A stretch of DNA of 64,000 bases from the NCBI GenBank assembly GCA_963675375.2, contig OY776212.2, positions 3,152,567 to 3,216,566 of the forward strand. Reading direction: 5' to 3'. Numbering within the stretch: position 1 is the stretch's first letter; every line of letters begins with the position of its first letter. Shown one piece after another: positions 5,562 to 15,169 of this stretch. The notes beneath the pieces are model-generated. The model ran no database searches, was not told the DNA's origin, and worked only from the letters and a program-made list of their open reading frames with translations. This stretch comes from Anaerolineales bacterium. GTDB taxonomy: Bacteria; Chloroflexota; Anaerolineae; Anaerolineales; UBA11579. The translations under genes were made by a program, and so were the position numbers.

Positions 5562-8294
5562 TTAAACCCGATTTTTCATAATTCCTAATTGTGTGGCCCG
5601 ATTGATCGCTTGTGTCCGGTTGTTCACTTCTAATTTCGTATAAATATTCTTGATATGTGACTTTAGAGTATTCTCGGAGATCATCAATTCTTGAGATAAA
5701 TTTTTATAACTCAAACCAGCGGCTAACAATTGGATCACATCTAGTTCGCGCAAGGTAAGAAGTTGATAAGACTCTGGCTCTCGATAACGAATACCCAACT
5801 TAGAAAGCCGGGTGTTTTCTTCCTCAAAAGCGTGCACAAGCTGAGTGATATATGTCTGGATTGATGGAGAAATTTGCATCTGTTGATTTTGGGATAATGC
5901 CACCAATAACGAGTGTATTCGCCAGCCTTTATCCAAAAATGAGCGCACATACCCCTCATCCACAGCAATTTCTAATAGATGTAAAAGTAATTTTTGCGCC
6001 TGGTTATAGTCTCCTGCCTGGTCATACGCTAATACTAAAGTTAAACCTATCTGGATCAGATCCCATTGACGCTCTTGGCTTTGGGCTAATTCGTACAACT
6101 TTAAAATCAAATCCATCACTTCTTCAGTTCTTTGCTCATGGAGCCATACCAAGGCCAGCACACGCAATTGGTAATCTATTGATGAATTAAAATCCTCATC
6201 TAATGGTGGAACTACCATGCCGGAAGCCCAGCGGAGTGCATTGTCAAACTGCCCTTGGGCCAAATAATTGCGCGCCTGGATCGCTTCCAATCCAGCAATG
6301 ACTGTTTGGGGGCGTCCATTCTTATTGGCGACTGTTTTTGCATACGCCAACTTCTCTTCAACAAGGGTATATTCTCCCAACGCAATCTTTATCTTGGCAA
6401 AGCTCAAATAGCCTATTAATAACCGTTCAAGATAATCACCATTCTCAGCAATCTGTATTCCCTCTTCAAAGAAAGATTCTGCCTGAGCCAGGTCATTCAT
6501 CTCATAATACAAATTTCCCATCCCAATAATTGCGTTTGAGAACACATTGCTTTTATGCACGCCCATCATAGTGGACTGACGACTGATTTCATCATAGTAT
6601 TTTCGTGCCAGGGACAGTTCGCCCTGTGCAGCCACCGATTGTGCATGGTAAGAAGACCATAATAAATTCATCAGGGGATAATTGATGATCTCTATCATTT
6701 CCATGGCCTTCTTTAGCGAGCTGCGCGCTTGTACTACATTGCCCAGGTGAAGACACGCCGAACCATAATGCCCGTAAGCGATACATTGCCCCAAGAGTTC
6801 ATTCTCTGGAAGTAATGCGGCTGCTTTTTGAGTCAACTGCCGGGATTTAACCGCATCGATTTTGCTGTGAACTGCCACCGCGGCTAAAAAAACAGACTTG
6901 TAGCCAATAATGATATCTTTCTCTGCCTGAGATATCTCAGGCAATTGATCCAGATCATTCCAAATCCAATCAATAATACGCTCCGATTCTTTAAAATCTC
7001 CCTTATCCAACCACGCGATCACATAATGCTGCCATAATTGTCCAACTCGGCGTAAAATATCCTTTGGAATACTTTGCATCCAGCGAATTGCCTGATCGCG
7101 TCCACCACTCGAAATAATCTTTGTGATTCTTGGGTCAATCAGCTGGGCGGCATATTCATATTCTTCCCCTTCTAAGCCATATTCAATCGCCTCTTCCATA
7201 TAATTATGGGCTTCAAACCATTGTGCCGCTCGTAAATAATGGGTAGATTGAAATTTCCGTAAGAGGCTGGGCTGATTTTGTAACAATTCAGATAGCAAAT
7301 GATGATACCGGTACCAGGTCCGTTTATTATCCAGGGGGATGATGAATAAATTTGCATGGATTAAATAATCAATGATTTCTTGGCTGTTGTCTGTTTCCAG
7401 GACATCATCACAGAGAGGTGCGGAAAAACGCCTAAGCCCTGCGGTCAGCGCCATAAATTGCTGCACTTCTTCAGGCTGATGAGAAAAGACCTCGTTGAAT
7501 AAGTAATCCCCGATCAACCGGTCGTCCCCTGACAAATATTGAAGGATATCCTCTACCTCCGGATCATTCCTGGTACTGATCGCCGCCAATTGCAAGCCAG
7601 TCACCCACCCCTCCGTATGCTGATCTAGAAGGTTGACTTGTTCGGGAGTAAGGTTCACCCTAAAAAATTTTCGGACGAATTCAGCGGTCTCTTGGTAATT
7701 GAATCGCAAATCGAACGTATCTATGACCAAGGCCTGATTTTTTGCCCGAAGATCCGTAATTGAAAAAGGCAATTCAGCCCGGCTGGTGATCACAATTTGC
7801 AAATTGGGCGGCAAGTTTTGCAGCAGGTAAGAAAGAGCGTAATGGACTTTAGGGTCACTAATCAAGTGAAAGTCATCCAGCACCAAATGGGTATAGCTGC
7901 GCATGCAAGCCAGGTCGTTGATGATGAAAGTAAGTAATGTGTCGATAGGTGGGGGGTCGGGCGAGCGAATGATGCCGAGAACTGAACTACAAATACCAGA
8001 ATCTACTTGCTGTAATGCAGATATACAATAAGAAAGAAAACGTCCGACATCATTATCTGCCTGATCTAAAGAGTACCAGGCGACAGCCTCCGTACTTTTT
8101 GAAAACCACTCTGTAAGCAAAGTTGTTTTTCCATATCCCGCCGGGGCAGTAACCAAGATCAGTTTTCTTTCTTTACCGGCAATCAGTTGATCGACCAAAC
8201 GAGGCCGAACAACCAATTCATTCCGCACTTTGGGAATATAAAGCTTTGTAACTAATAAATCATTTAGATGGGGGTTTTTCGGATCATATTCCAT
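5562..8294 (-). CDS. MalT-like STAND ATPase / TPR-like helical repeats / C-terminal LuxR-type HTH transcriptional regulator
   Basis: 910 aa. Walker A APAGYGKTTLL, Walker B-like HLVLDDFH, a long helical repeat region, and a C-terminal LTLRELDVIQLLAAGLSYKNLSQELMISENTLKSHIKNIYTKLEV (GerE/LuxR HTH). Confidence 0.8.
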   Translation of the reverse strand: MEYDPKNPHLNDLLVTKLYIPKVRNELVVRPRLVDQLIAGKERKLILVTAPAGYGKTTLLTEWFSKSTEAVAWYSLDQADNDVGRFLSYCISALQQVDSGICSSVLGIIRSPDPPPIDTLLTFIINDLACMRSYTHLVLDDFHLISDPKVHYALSYLLQNLPPNLQIVITSRAELPFSITDLRAKNQALVIDTFDLRFNYQETAEFVRKFFRVNLTPEQVNLLDQHTEGWVTGLQLAAISTRNDPEVEDILQYLSGDDRLIGDYLFNEVFSHQPEEVQQFMALTAGLRRFSAPLCDDVLETDNSQEIIDYLIHANLFIIPLDNKRTWYRYHHLLSELLQNQPSLLRKFQSTHYLRAAQWFEAHNYMEEAIEYGLEGEEYEYAAQLIDPRITKIISSGGRDQAIRWMQSIPKDILRRVGQLWQHYVIAWLDKGDFKESERIIDWIWNDLDQLPEISQAEKDIIIGYKSVFLAAVAVHSKIDAVKSRQLTQKAAALLPENELLGQCIAYGHYGSACLHLGNVVQARSSLKKAMEMIEIINYPLMNLLWSSYHAQSVAAQGELSLARKYYDEISRQSTMMGVHKSNVFSNAIIGMGNLYYEMNDLAQAESFFEEGIQIAENGDYLERLLIGYLSFAKIKIALGEYTLVEEKLAYAKTVANKNGRPQTVIAGLEAIQARNYLAQGQFDNALRWASGMVVPPLDEDFNSSIDYQLRVLALVWLHEQRTEEVMDLILKLYELAQSQERQWDLIQIGLTLVLAYDQAGDYNQAQKLLLHLLEIAVDEGYVRSFLDKGWRIHSLLVALSQNQQMQISPSIQTYITQLVHAFEEENTRLSKLGIRYREPESYQLLTLRELDVIQLLAAGLSYKNLSQELMISENTLKSHIKNIYTKLEVNNRTQAINRATQLGIMKNRV

Positions 8295-8359
8295 ATTCGA
8301 AATTCATTGCAATTAAATTTACAGCCATTAGTATATCAGATATGTAAAATCACACATTA

Positions 8360-8379
8360 TAACCTCAGTTACGTTTAGG
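8360..8379 (+). repeat. Solo copy of the TAACCTCAGTT(A/T)CG terminal-repeat motif
   Basis: TAACCTCAGTTACGTTTAGG shares its first ~14 nt with the inverted repeats at 8590 and 8734. Confidence 0.4.
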
Positions 8380-8450
8380 CAACGATACAAATGTATCCAC
8401 TGGAACCGTAACTACACGCCCACCCCAAAACTAGAGGATATCCAAAAGAT

Positions 8451-8561
8451 ATGCACCAGCAGGCACTGGAACTATCTATCGATGGGATGAATATTCGGTG
8501 GATTGCTCGCCATTTAGGTGTCAATCATGAGACTGGCACGAAAATCTCGTTGCTTTTCTAG
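8451..8561 (+). pseudogene. 36-codon remnant resembling the N-terminal HTH of a transposase
   Basis: My translation: MHQQALELSIDGMNIRWIARHLGVNHETGTKISLLF*. The (I/L)ARxLGV(S/N)xxT pattern is typical of IS-transposase HTH domains. No catalytic domain follows. Family not assignable. Confidence 0.35.
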
Positions 8562-8589
8562 CTGCCCATTACCCAGTCTCTTAACTACT

Positions 8590-8734
8590 TAACCTCAGTT
8601 TCGTATAAGGAATTTTTTTTCTCTAAAATGCACGTTTTTCATCGAGAATGCACTAAAAACAAGCATTTTTGAGGTCAAATGTTACTTATTAATCACTCAA
8701 AATCAAATTTTATTCTTATCCGAAACTCAGGTTA
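8590..8734. mobile_element. MITE-like element, about 145 bp, bounded by ~23-bp imperfect inverted repeats
   Basis: Left end TAACCTCAGTTTCGTATAAGGAAT. Right end (reverse complement) TAACCTGAGTTTCGGATAAGAAT. AT-rich non-coding interior. Confidence 0.45.
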
Positions 8735-8911
8735 CTTATAGCATTAATAAAAAAACAAATCCAACCCAATTACAACATTGAAAGTCACAGTCGATCAGGC
8801 TGGTTTACAAGGTTTATTGCGGAAACTGTATCGCATAGCATTCGCGTAATTCCCGCAACTTATGTTACACCGTGATATAAAGTATTTTTTGTAAGAGATA
8901 ACGGGGAAAAC

Positions 8912-11152
8912 TTATTTTGGGGATCCTTCTAGAATTCGAGCATACAAATTGAGCAACCTTTTCTCCATAATCTCCCAAGAAAACTGAGAATTGTAGGCTT
9001 TTCTAGCGTTTTTTCCCATTTCAGCTGCTAATTTAGGATTTTGAGCAATATAATTTATTGCTTCCTCAATTTCTCTTTTATTGTCATATTCAACGACTAA
9101 CCCGCAATTATATTCGCGAACCAAAGAGTCAATGTGCGTATTTTTTGCAACTAATACTGGCTTACCTAGCATCATAGCTTCAAATATCTTGTTGGGGCTT
9201 GCATATTTGTGATTAGGAATTGCAGGATCATAAAGAGCATAGAACAAGTCAGCTTTTGCACCAAGCTTTAGAGAGTCTTGGTAATCAATTCTGCCATGGA
9301 AACAAATGTTTTCTAATATATCAATCCTTGTTTTAATCGCTTCCTCATCCCCTCCGAAGCCCGCTAAATCAAGGATCCACTCGGGTCTCGTTTTCAATAT
9401 ATCAAATAGTGTAAATAAGCCTCGTTCTTTTAACAACATCCCCACGTAAACTATTCTTATCTCGCCTTTATCAGACTGCTTTTGATTAGTTTGCATAATA
9501 TCAACATTATATGTCTGGACATCTTTAGGCGTATTGTTAATAATGGTAAGATTTTTGGGATTTGACCCTTTTATTTGCTCAATACGACATTCGTCCGTTA
9601 TGATCACTCCATCAGCTTTATCGATAATTCTTATTTCTTGTAAACTGATCAACTTTTTCAACCATTCTGGGGTAAAACGGATATGATCGCTGTAAAAATC
9701 AAATAGATCATAAACTAAAAGATTTTTTGATAACACTTTTGTTACCATATAAGCAGGGATGGCGGTATCAAAATCACAAGAGTGAAATACATCATATTTA
9801 TTTCTATTCTTAATCAGCCAAATTAGTTCAGATATTTGCCAAAATAAATAGCTTGGCAAATTGTATATTCCCCGCCCATATTTTGCTGAAATTGATTTTC
9901 TATAAAAAGTAATCCCATTTTCTACTTCAACCGGTAAAGATTTACCAGATCGATCCCAACCAAGAATATCAATAGAATAGCCTTGATTTGCTAATGCATA
10001 TGCAGTTTTTTCCACTCTAGGATCTGGAGCAACTGGGTTGCTTCTTATAATTAATATTTTCGAGCCAGTCTGAGAAGCAAGTTCAGCTTCATATATCTTT
10101 TGAAAGAAATCTAATTTCTTGATTTCCTTCTCTGAAGTATCAATATGTTGAATATCCTCCCTATTTACCCTTACTCCCATATTTTTGTGAACAAATTCTT
10201 CAATTTTATCAATGCTTGCTTCAATATTTTTTTCGATATTGGGTAATTGAAGAATAAATGGTGTATCTTGCTCAAAGTCAGTATCTTCGTAAGCAATAAT
10301 TGTTGGCAAACCATAGGCTAAATATTCCCGCAACTTAAGCGGTGCCATCTGATTCATACCAATACGATGTAAACCCAGAGTACCGATAGCTATATCCGAA
10401 TTTTTTATTATCTTTTTATAAATAGCTGTGTCTATAAACCCATAAAAATGGACATTTTCCAAACATTTTTTTATTTTTGTATTTTTTTGATTTAAACCAA
10501 TAATATGAAATTGCCACTTGGGGAATATTTCAGCTAATCGGATGACCTTATCTAAGGCTATCCATGGAAAATCTGAGCTTGTAAGAAGAACTAAATTTGG
10601 ATTTTGATTAACTGGAGCTGGCGTAGAATCAATTGCATTTAAATCAATGCTATCACCACATACTAACGTAGGGCGATTATGCTTTTTTACCCAATGAGCC
10701 AAATCCTCTGTTAGGGTCACAAAACCTTTTGCATGAGAAAATACCCACCGATAAGTTAACCGATGAAATAAATAACCAATTAAATTATGGATGTGCTTAT
10801 ATTCTTTATCGTAATTTGAATTAACTTCTACAATGGTAGGAAACCGATTAATCAAGGCGATTAATCCCGGATAGTAGCTGCTATATCTCCAATAAATTAG
10901 ATCAGGTTTCCACTTCTGAATTGCTTTTTGAGCATTCATCGCTTTTTGGAATAGTGCAATGTAGTTTTTTGTTTCAAAATATTCAATTGAAATATCATCT
11001 AAACCCGGCCAAACGTCCGTCACTGGCCTGGTCAAACAAAAGACCTTTACCTCATGTCCTGCATTTTGCCAAAAGCGCACTTGTCTGGCAATTTTTTTTA
11101 GCACCCCAGACCCTATTCCAATATTTATTCTCGCATAATACGCTATCTTCAT
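8912..11152 (-). CDS. Fused double glycosyltransferase (two GT4/GT1-type GT-B modules)
   Basis: 746 aa. Each half starts with a MKI/ILII Rossmann-like GT-B N-domain. The C-terminal half ends with the EAMMLGKPVLV (E-x7-E region) typical of GT4. Very AT-rich. Confidence 0.6.
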   Translation of the reverse strand: MKIAYYARINIGIGSGVLKKIARQVRFWQNAGHEVKVFCLTRPVTDVWPGLDDISIEYFETKNYIALFQKAMNAQKAIQKWKPDLIYWRYSSYYPGLIALINRFPTIVEVNSNYDKEYKHIHNLIGYLFHRLTYRWVFSHAKGFVTLTEDLAHWVKKHNRPTLVCGDSIDLNAIDSTPAPVNQNPNLVLLTSSDFPWIALDKVIRLAEIFPKWQFHIIGLNQKNTKIKKCLENVHFYGFIDTAIYKKIIKNSDIAIGTLGLHRIGMNQMAPLKLREYLAYGLPTIIAYEDTDFEQDTPFILQLPNIEKNIEASIDKIEEFVHKNMGVRVNREDIQHIDTSEKEIKKLDFFQKIYEAELASQTGSKILIIRSNPVAPDPRVEKTAYALANQGYSIDILGWDRSGKSLPVEVENGITFYRKSISAKYGRGIYNLPSYLFWQISELIWLIKNRNKYDVFHSCDFDTAIPAYMVTKVLSKNLLVYDLFDFYSDHIRFTPEWLKKLISLQEIRIIDKADGVIITDECRIEQIKGSNPKNLTIINNTPKDVQTYNVDIMQTNQKQSDKGEIRIVYVGMLLKERGLFTLFDILKTRPEWILDLAGFGGDEEAIKTRIDILENICFHGRIDYQDSLKLGAKADLFYALYDPAIPNHKYASPNKIFEAMMLGKPVLVAKNTHIDSLVREYNCGLVVEYDNKREIEEAINYIAQNPKLAAEMGKNARKAYNSQFSWEIMEKRLLNLYARILEGSPK

Positions 11153-11553
11153 TTGTGAACATTTCCCTGAGGCAAAATCTGTTTTTCAGAATCTAGTAGC
11201 TAAAAAATCCGATTTTTTATTTTACAATTTTGGATCCAAAGGAAACCTTGATCATTTTCCCGACTTGCCGATTTTATCATACCTATTCTTACGGCTAATG
11301 AATAGTTTTCTAAATAGCTATCCAAAATAAACACTCTGAATACAATTATTACATATCAATTGTGATAAACTAATCGACAAATAATCGGGTTTGCAAATAA
11401 CATCAAAGAGGAATCATTTCATGTATTGTAATATTTCACAGCAAGGTTGCATTTTGAATACACACCTTCTCATTTTCTCCACATCCACTCTTTGTTCATC
11501 ACATATTAGGACCCAATAATTTCCTGCAAAGAATCCCAAACAATATATTTTTT

Positions 11554-13362
11554 ATGAAATCAATTCAGAATCTAAAAGAATTTAAAATCGCTGGAGTATT
11601 TGACGCATTTTCTATGGAATGTATTGGAGACGAATGTGAACTGATCCTCCCCACACCAAACAATTGGCATGAAATCTTAGAGAAAAGCACTCCAGATTTA
11701 TTAATGGTTGAATCTGCATGGCAGGGGAATATGGGCAGTTGGGAAAATAAAATTGCGCAATATCCTAATAAGGGGTCAAAATTGCAAGATATGGTGGCCT
11801 ATTGTAATAAAAAAAATATTCCCACAGTATTCTGGAATAAAGAAGATCCTGTTTTTTTTAACGCCTTTATTGGATCAGCAAAACTCTTTGATTATATCTT
11901 CACTACAGATGCCAGCATCATCCATCGATACAAAATCATTACAAACAAAAATAATGTGTTCGTGATGCCCTTTGCAGCACAGCCAAAAATTCATAATCCT
12001 ATAGAAATCCTCGATCGCTCCAATAAAATAGTCTATTCGGGATCATATTACAGTAGGCGCTATTATTCAAGAATGCGGGATTTCAATCGTTTGGTTTCTA
12101 TTTGCAAAGATTATGGATTAGTGATTTATGATCGCAATTATTCCAATAATTTACCTCAATTTTCTTTTCCCAAGCATATGAACAAATACATTGTTGGAAA
12201 CCTTAAGGTAGAAGATTTATATATAGCGAATAAAGGATATAAATTCTCAATCAACGTAAATAGTGTAAAACATTCTCCTACAATGTTTTCGCGGAGGGTT
12301 TTTGAGATGATTGCATCTAATACTCCCATAATCAGCTCTTGGTCAAAAGGAATTGAAAAGATATTTGGAAACTTAGTTATCAACAGCGACAATATTCAAG
12401 AAGTGGGGAAAAAATTAGATACATTGTACAAAGATAATCGATTATATAATTTGTATCGCCTCAGGGGTTTACGCTTTGTCATGCAGCAGCACACTTATGA
12501 AAAACGCTTGCTAAATATGTTATCAATGGTCGGTTTCAACATAAACACATCTATCCCAGGAGTAACCATTATTGTGAATGTAAACAATAATGAATTAGCT
12601 CTCAAGCAAGCAAAGGAAACTATCAAGCGCTGGCACTATCCCCAAAAACAAATAATTATCTTGCACAAAGGTTTACAATCAAATGACAAAGATAGTAAAT
12701 ATTTATATCTTGACCAAACAAAACAAAAAGATTTATTGGACAATATAAAATACAATCGGGTCATTTACCTAGGACAAACCTCATACTATGGAGAGAATTA
12801 TTTAAATGACCTAATCCTTGCAACACAATATTGCGATCAAAAAATAATAGGAAAAGGGAATTATTACACTATTGAAAAAGGGGAAATGCAGCTTATTACA
12901 AATGGGAAAGTTTATAAAAAAGCACTACACATGGGATTAGAGCGCTGCTTATTTTCTAAAAAACTCTTAGAAGACAAACGTTTATTTACTGCTATTCTCG
13001 AAAATGATTTCCATTTCGATCTTGGACAATTAAATATCCCTATGTTTAGTATTGATGAGTTTAATTACATTTCACATTATAAAAGTAAGAATGATGAAAA
13101 GTATTTACAACTTATTGATGACAGCTTAAATCCACATTTAAATTCTTTCTTACATTCAAAGGAAGAAAAATCACTGAAACAGACCGTTAGAAATTTCCGT
13201 AGTTTTGGGTATTTTCTATCCAAACTTTGGGATAAAATTTGGCTATCATTGACAAAAAATCAATACCATAAGTTTTGGATGTATCAAAGAAAAACAATCG
13301 AATTTGGAAAAAAAACAGTAATAAAAATCCGTTCATTTTGGAGCAGGAAAATTGATTACTAA
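11554..13362 (+). CDS. CgeB-like/DUF3880-type glycosyltransferase with a long C-terminal extension
   Basis: 602 aa. The N-terminal region PDLLMVESAWQGNMGSWENKI...NIPTVFWNKEDPVFFNAF...DYIFTTD resembles the CgeB/YkvP spore-maturation glycosyltransferase family. Very AT-rich. Confidence 0.45.
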   Translation: MKSIQNLKEFKIAGVFDAFSMECIGDECELILPTPNNWHEILEKSTPDLLMVESAWQGNMGSWENKIAQYPNKGSKLQDMVAYCNKKNIPTVFWNKEDPVFFNAFIGSAKLFDYIFTTDASIIHRYKIITNKNNVFVMPFAAQPKIHNPIEILDRSNKIVYSGSYYSRRYYSRMRDFNRLVSICKDYGLVIYDRNYSNNLPQFSFPKHMNKYIVGNLKVEDLYIANKGYKFSINVNSVKHSPTMFSRRVFEMIASNTPIISSWSKGIEKIFGNLVINSDNIQEVGKKLDTLYKDNRLYNLYRLRGLRFVMQQHTYEKRLLNMLSMVGFNINTSIPGVTIIVNVNNNELALKQAKETIKRWHYPQKQIIILHKGLQSNDKDSKYLYLDQTKQKDLLDNIKYNRVIYLGQTSYYGENYLNDLILATQYCDQKIIGKGNYYTIEKGEMQLITNGKVYKKALHMGLERCLFSKKLLEDKRLFTAILENDFHFDLGQLNIPMFSIDEFNYISHYKSKNDEKYLQLIDDSLNPHLNSFLHSKEEKSLKQTVRNFRSFGYFLSKLWDKIWLSLTKNQYHKFWMYQRKTIEFGKKTVIKIRSFWSRKIDY

Positions 13363-13713
13363 CCCTTTCAGATTAGACTAATTTGGAATATTGGATCTAA
13401 ACATTTTCCAATGGATTCGGTAATTAAGGTAAGCAAAAATTTCACGGAGTGAAGATGCACCATACAAATGAAGAATATCTAAACATTGCTGTCATAGTAC
13501 CTTACTATCAGGTAGAAAAAGAAATTAGAGAGGTATTACTTCAGATCCCTGAATTTGTAAAACACATCATTGTTGTAGATGATCAGAGTCCAGATAACAC
13601 TGAAAAAGTTGTAAAAGAGTTACAGCTAAACTACTAGATAGAGATGGACAAATGGACTCATCCCTGATTCTTCAATTTGTGCACCCAATCTTGGATGGTA
13701 GAGTAAACTACAC

Positions 13714-14939
13714 TAGACCTCTTTCATAAGTTGTAAAAGTCAAAACAAGTTCTGACACTCATGATATTAAGCGCTGATAAAATACGAGTTAGAATCTTGC
13801 TGCGGAATCACCTCCTGCGAAAATAGTGTATCAAGCTCCTTCTCTTTTGACAAATGACGTGTGTCAGAGAAGGTTTGCATCGGCGTACGCCCGTGACAGT
13901 ATTTCCCACTGTGCGGGCGTTCTTCGTTGTAAAAATGGATCCAAGTATCTAGGTCGGCCTGCAAATCTTCCAGTGAAGCGTAGATTTTCTTGCGGAAAGC
14001 AAGATCATAAAATTCTTCTTTGATGGTGCGGTGGAAGCGTTCGCAGATGCCGTTGGTTTGGGGATGGCGGGTCTTGGTACGACTGTGGTCGATATTTTCG
14101 ATGGCCAGATAGAGTTGGTATTCGTGGTTTTCCAACTTGCCATTGTATTCTGTGCCCCGGTCAGTCAGGATACGCAGCAGATCAACTTCTTGAGTCTCAA
14201 ACCAGGGGATGACCCTGTCATTGAGCAGATCGGCAGCAGTGATAGCATGCTTGCTGGTGTACAGCTTGGCAAAACCTGCTTTGCAATAGGTATCTATGAA
14301 AGTTTGCTGGTAAATACGGCCAATGCCTTTGATCGTGCCCACGTAGTAGGTATCCTGGGCTCCTAGATAGCCAGGATGTTCCGTTTCGATCTCACCGTGG
14401 GCTTCTCGTTCTTCTTTGGCTTTTTCCATCGCCTGAAGCTGCGATTCGGTCAAAACCAGGTTTTCAGCGGCAGCCTTTTCTTCCAGCGCTTTCAGACGCT
14501 TTTTGAAGGTTTCCAGGCCATGACGCAACCAGATTGAACGCACTCCGCCAGGTGAAACAAAAACACCTTCTTGCTTGAGTATATTGGATACGCGGAGTTG
14601 CCCCAGTGCGGGATTGTCAGTGGCAATCTTCACCACCGCATCTTCCACCTGTGGGTCTACTCGATTCTTTGGATTTGGTTTACTGCGGCTCAGTTCGCGC
14701 AGACCTTCAGAACCCTGTTCATCGTACAATTCTTTGAACCGGTAATAGCTGTCCCGTGAGAACCCCATGATCTTGCATGCTTCGCTAACATTCCCCAGGT
14801 GTTCTGCCAGGTTGATTAGCCCCATTTTATTTTTGACTACTTTTTCTGCTGTGGTCATCTTTCACTCCTTTTCAATCTCTTGATTGTAATTGGAGTGTCA
14901 GATTAAGTCTTGACTATCTCAACTTATGAAAGAGGTCTA
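13714..14939 (-). mobile_element. IS481-family insertion sequence (1226 bp)
   Basis: Perfect 20-bp terminal inverted repeats TAGACCTCTTTCATAAGTTG, with further partial matches out to about 47 bp ending in CTGACACTC. Single transposase ORF. TA/CTA at both junctions. Confidence 0.75.
13767..14858 (-). CDS. IS481-family DDE transposase (HTH plus rve integrase core)
   Basis: 363 aa. N-terminal HTH (LGNVSEACKIMGFSRDSYYRFKE), LRELSRSKPNPKN, and an integrase core ending HPQTNGICERFHRTIKEEF...YNEERPHSG. Confidence 0.8.
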   Translation of the reverse strand: MTTAEKVVKNKMGLINLAEHLGNVSEACKIMGFSRDSYYRFKELYDEQGSEGLRELSRSKPNPKNRVDPQVEDAVVKIATDNPALGQLRVSNILKQEGVFVSPGGVRSIWLRHGLETFKKRLKALEEKAAAENLVLTESQLQAMEKAKEEREAHGEIETEHPGYLGAQDTYYVGTIKGIGRIYQQTFIDTYCKAGFAKLYTSKHAITAADLLNDRVIPWFETQEVDLLRILTDRGTEYNGKLENHEYQLYLAIENIDHSRTKTRHPQTNGICERFHRTIKEEFYDLAFRKKIYASLEDLQADLDTWIHFYNEERPHSGKYCHGRTPMQTFSDTRHLSKEKELDTLFSQEVIPQQDSNSYFISA

Positions 14940-15169
14940 ATGTAAAAACCAGATTTTTTCCGATAATCCATATAGTCCTGGAATATTTCTCCCGATATCT
15001 TCCCAAAACACCTAAATAACAAAACTGTAAGGTCGCCTGCTTGGCAAATACTAGGCTAATTATCAATTTTGTAGACCCATTAACCCACTTGTCCTATATC
15101 ATATTCCAATGATAGCTACTATTCTATGGGAAATTGCTACGACTAGATAGCTAATTTTGGGAAAATATT

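Larger units (their letters stand above)
13449..15019 (+). pseudogene. Decayed GT2-family glycosyltransferase gene (internal deletion or frameshift, IS insertion, early stop)
   Basis: N-terminus IAVIVPYYQVEKEI...HIIVVDDQSPDNTEKVV (GT2 signature) stops at 13637. A shifted frame continues LDRDGQMDSSLILQFVHPILDGRVNYT (the DxDGQ...ADY region of GT2). After the IS the same frame reads NVKTRFFPII... to a stop at 15017-15019. Confidence 0.65.

Noticed and set aside
5562-8294. STAND NTPase plus TPR architecture as a possible Avs/NLR-like antiphage defence protein
   Set aside because: The C-terminus is a canonical LuxR/GerE HTH rather than a nuclease, protease or other effector domain. The gene is co-oriented directly upstream of a plausible target promoter. 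A MalT-type transcription activator is the simpler reading.
8765-8848. Stop-bounded open frame reading ...KSNPITTLKVTVDQAGLQGLLRKLYRIAFA*
   Set aside because: It resembles a C-terminal tail of a small protein, but it has no start codon and in-frame stops lie immediately upstream. At most it is a gene remnant, so it is mentioned only within the IS-debris finding.
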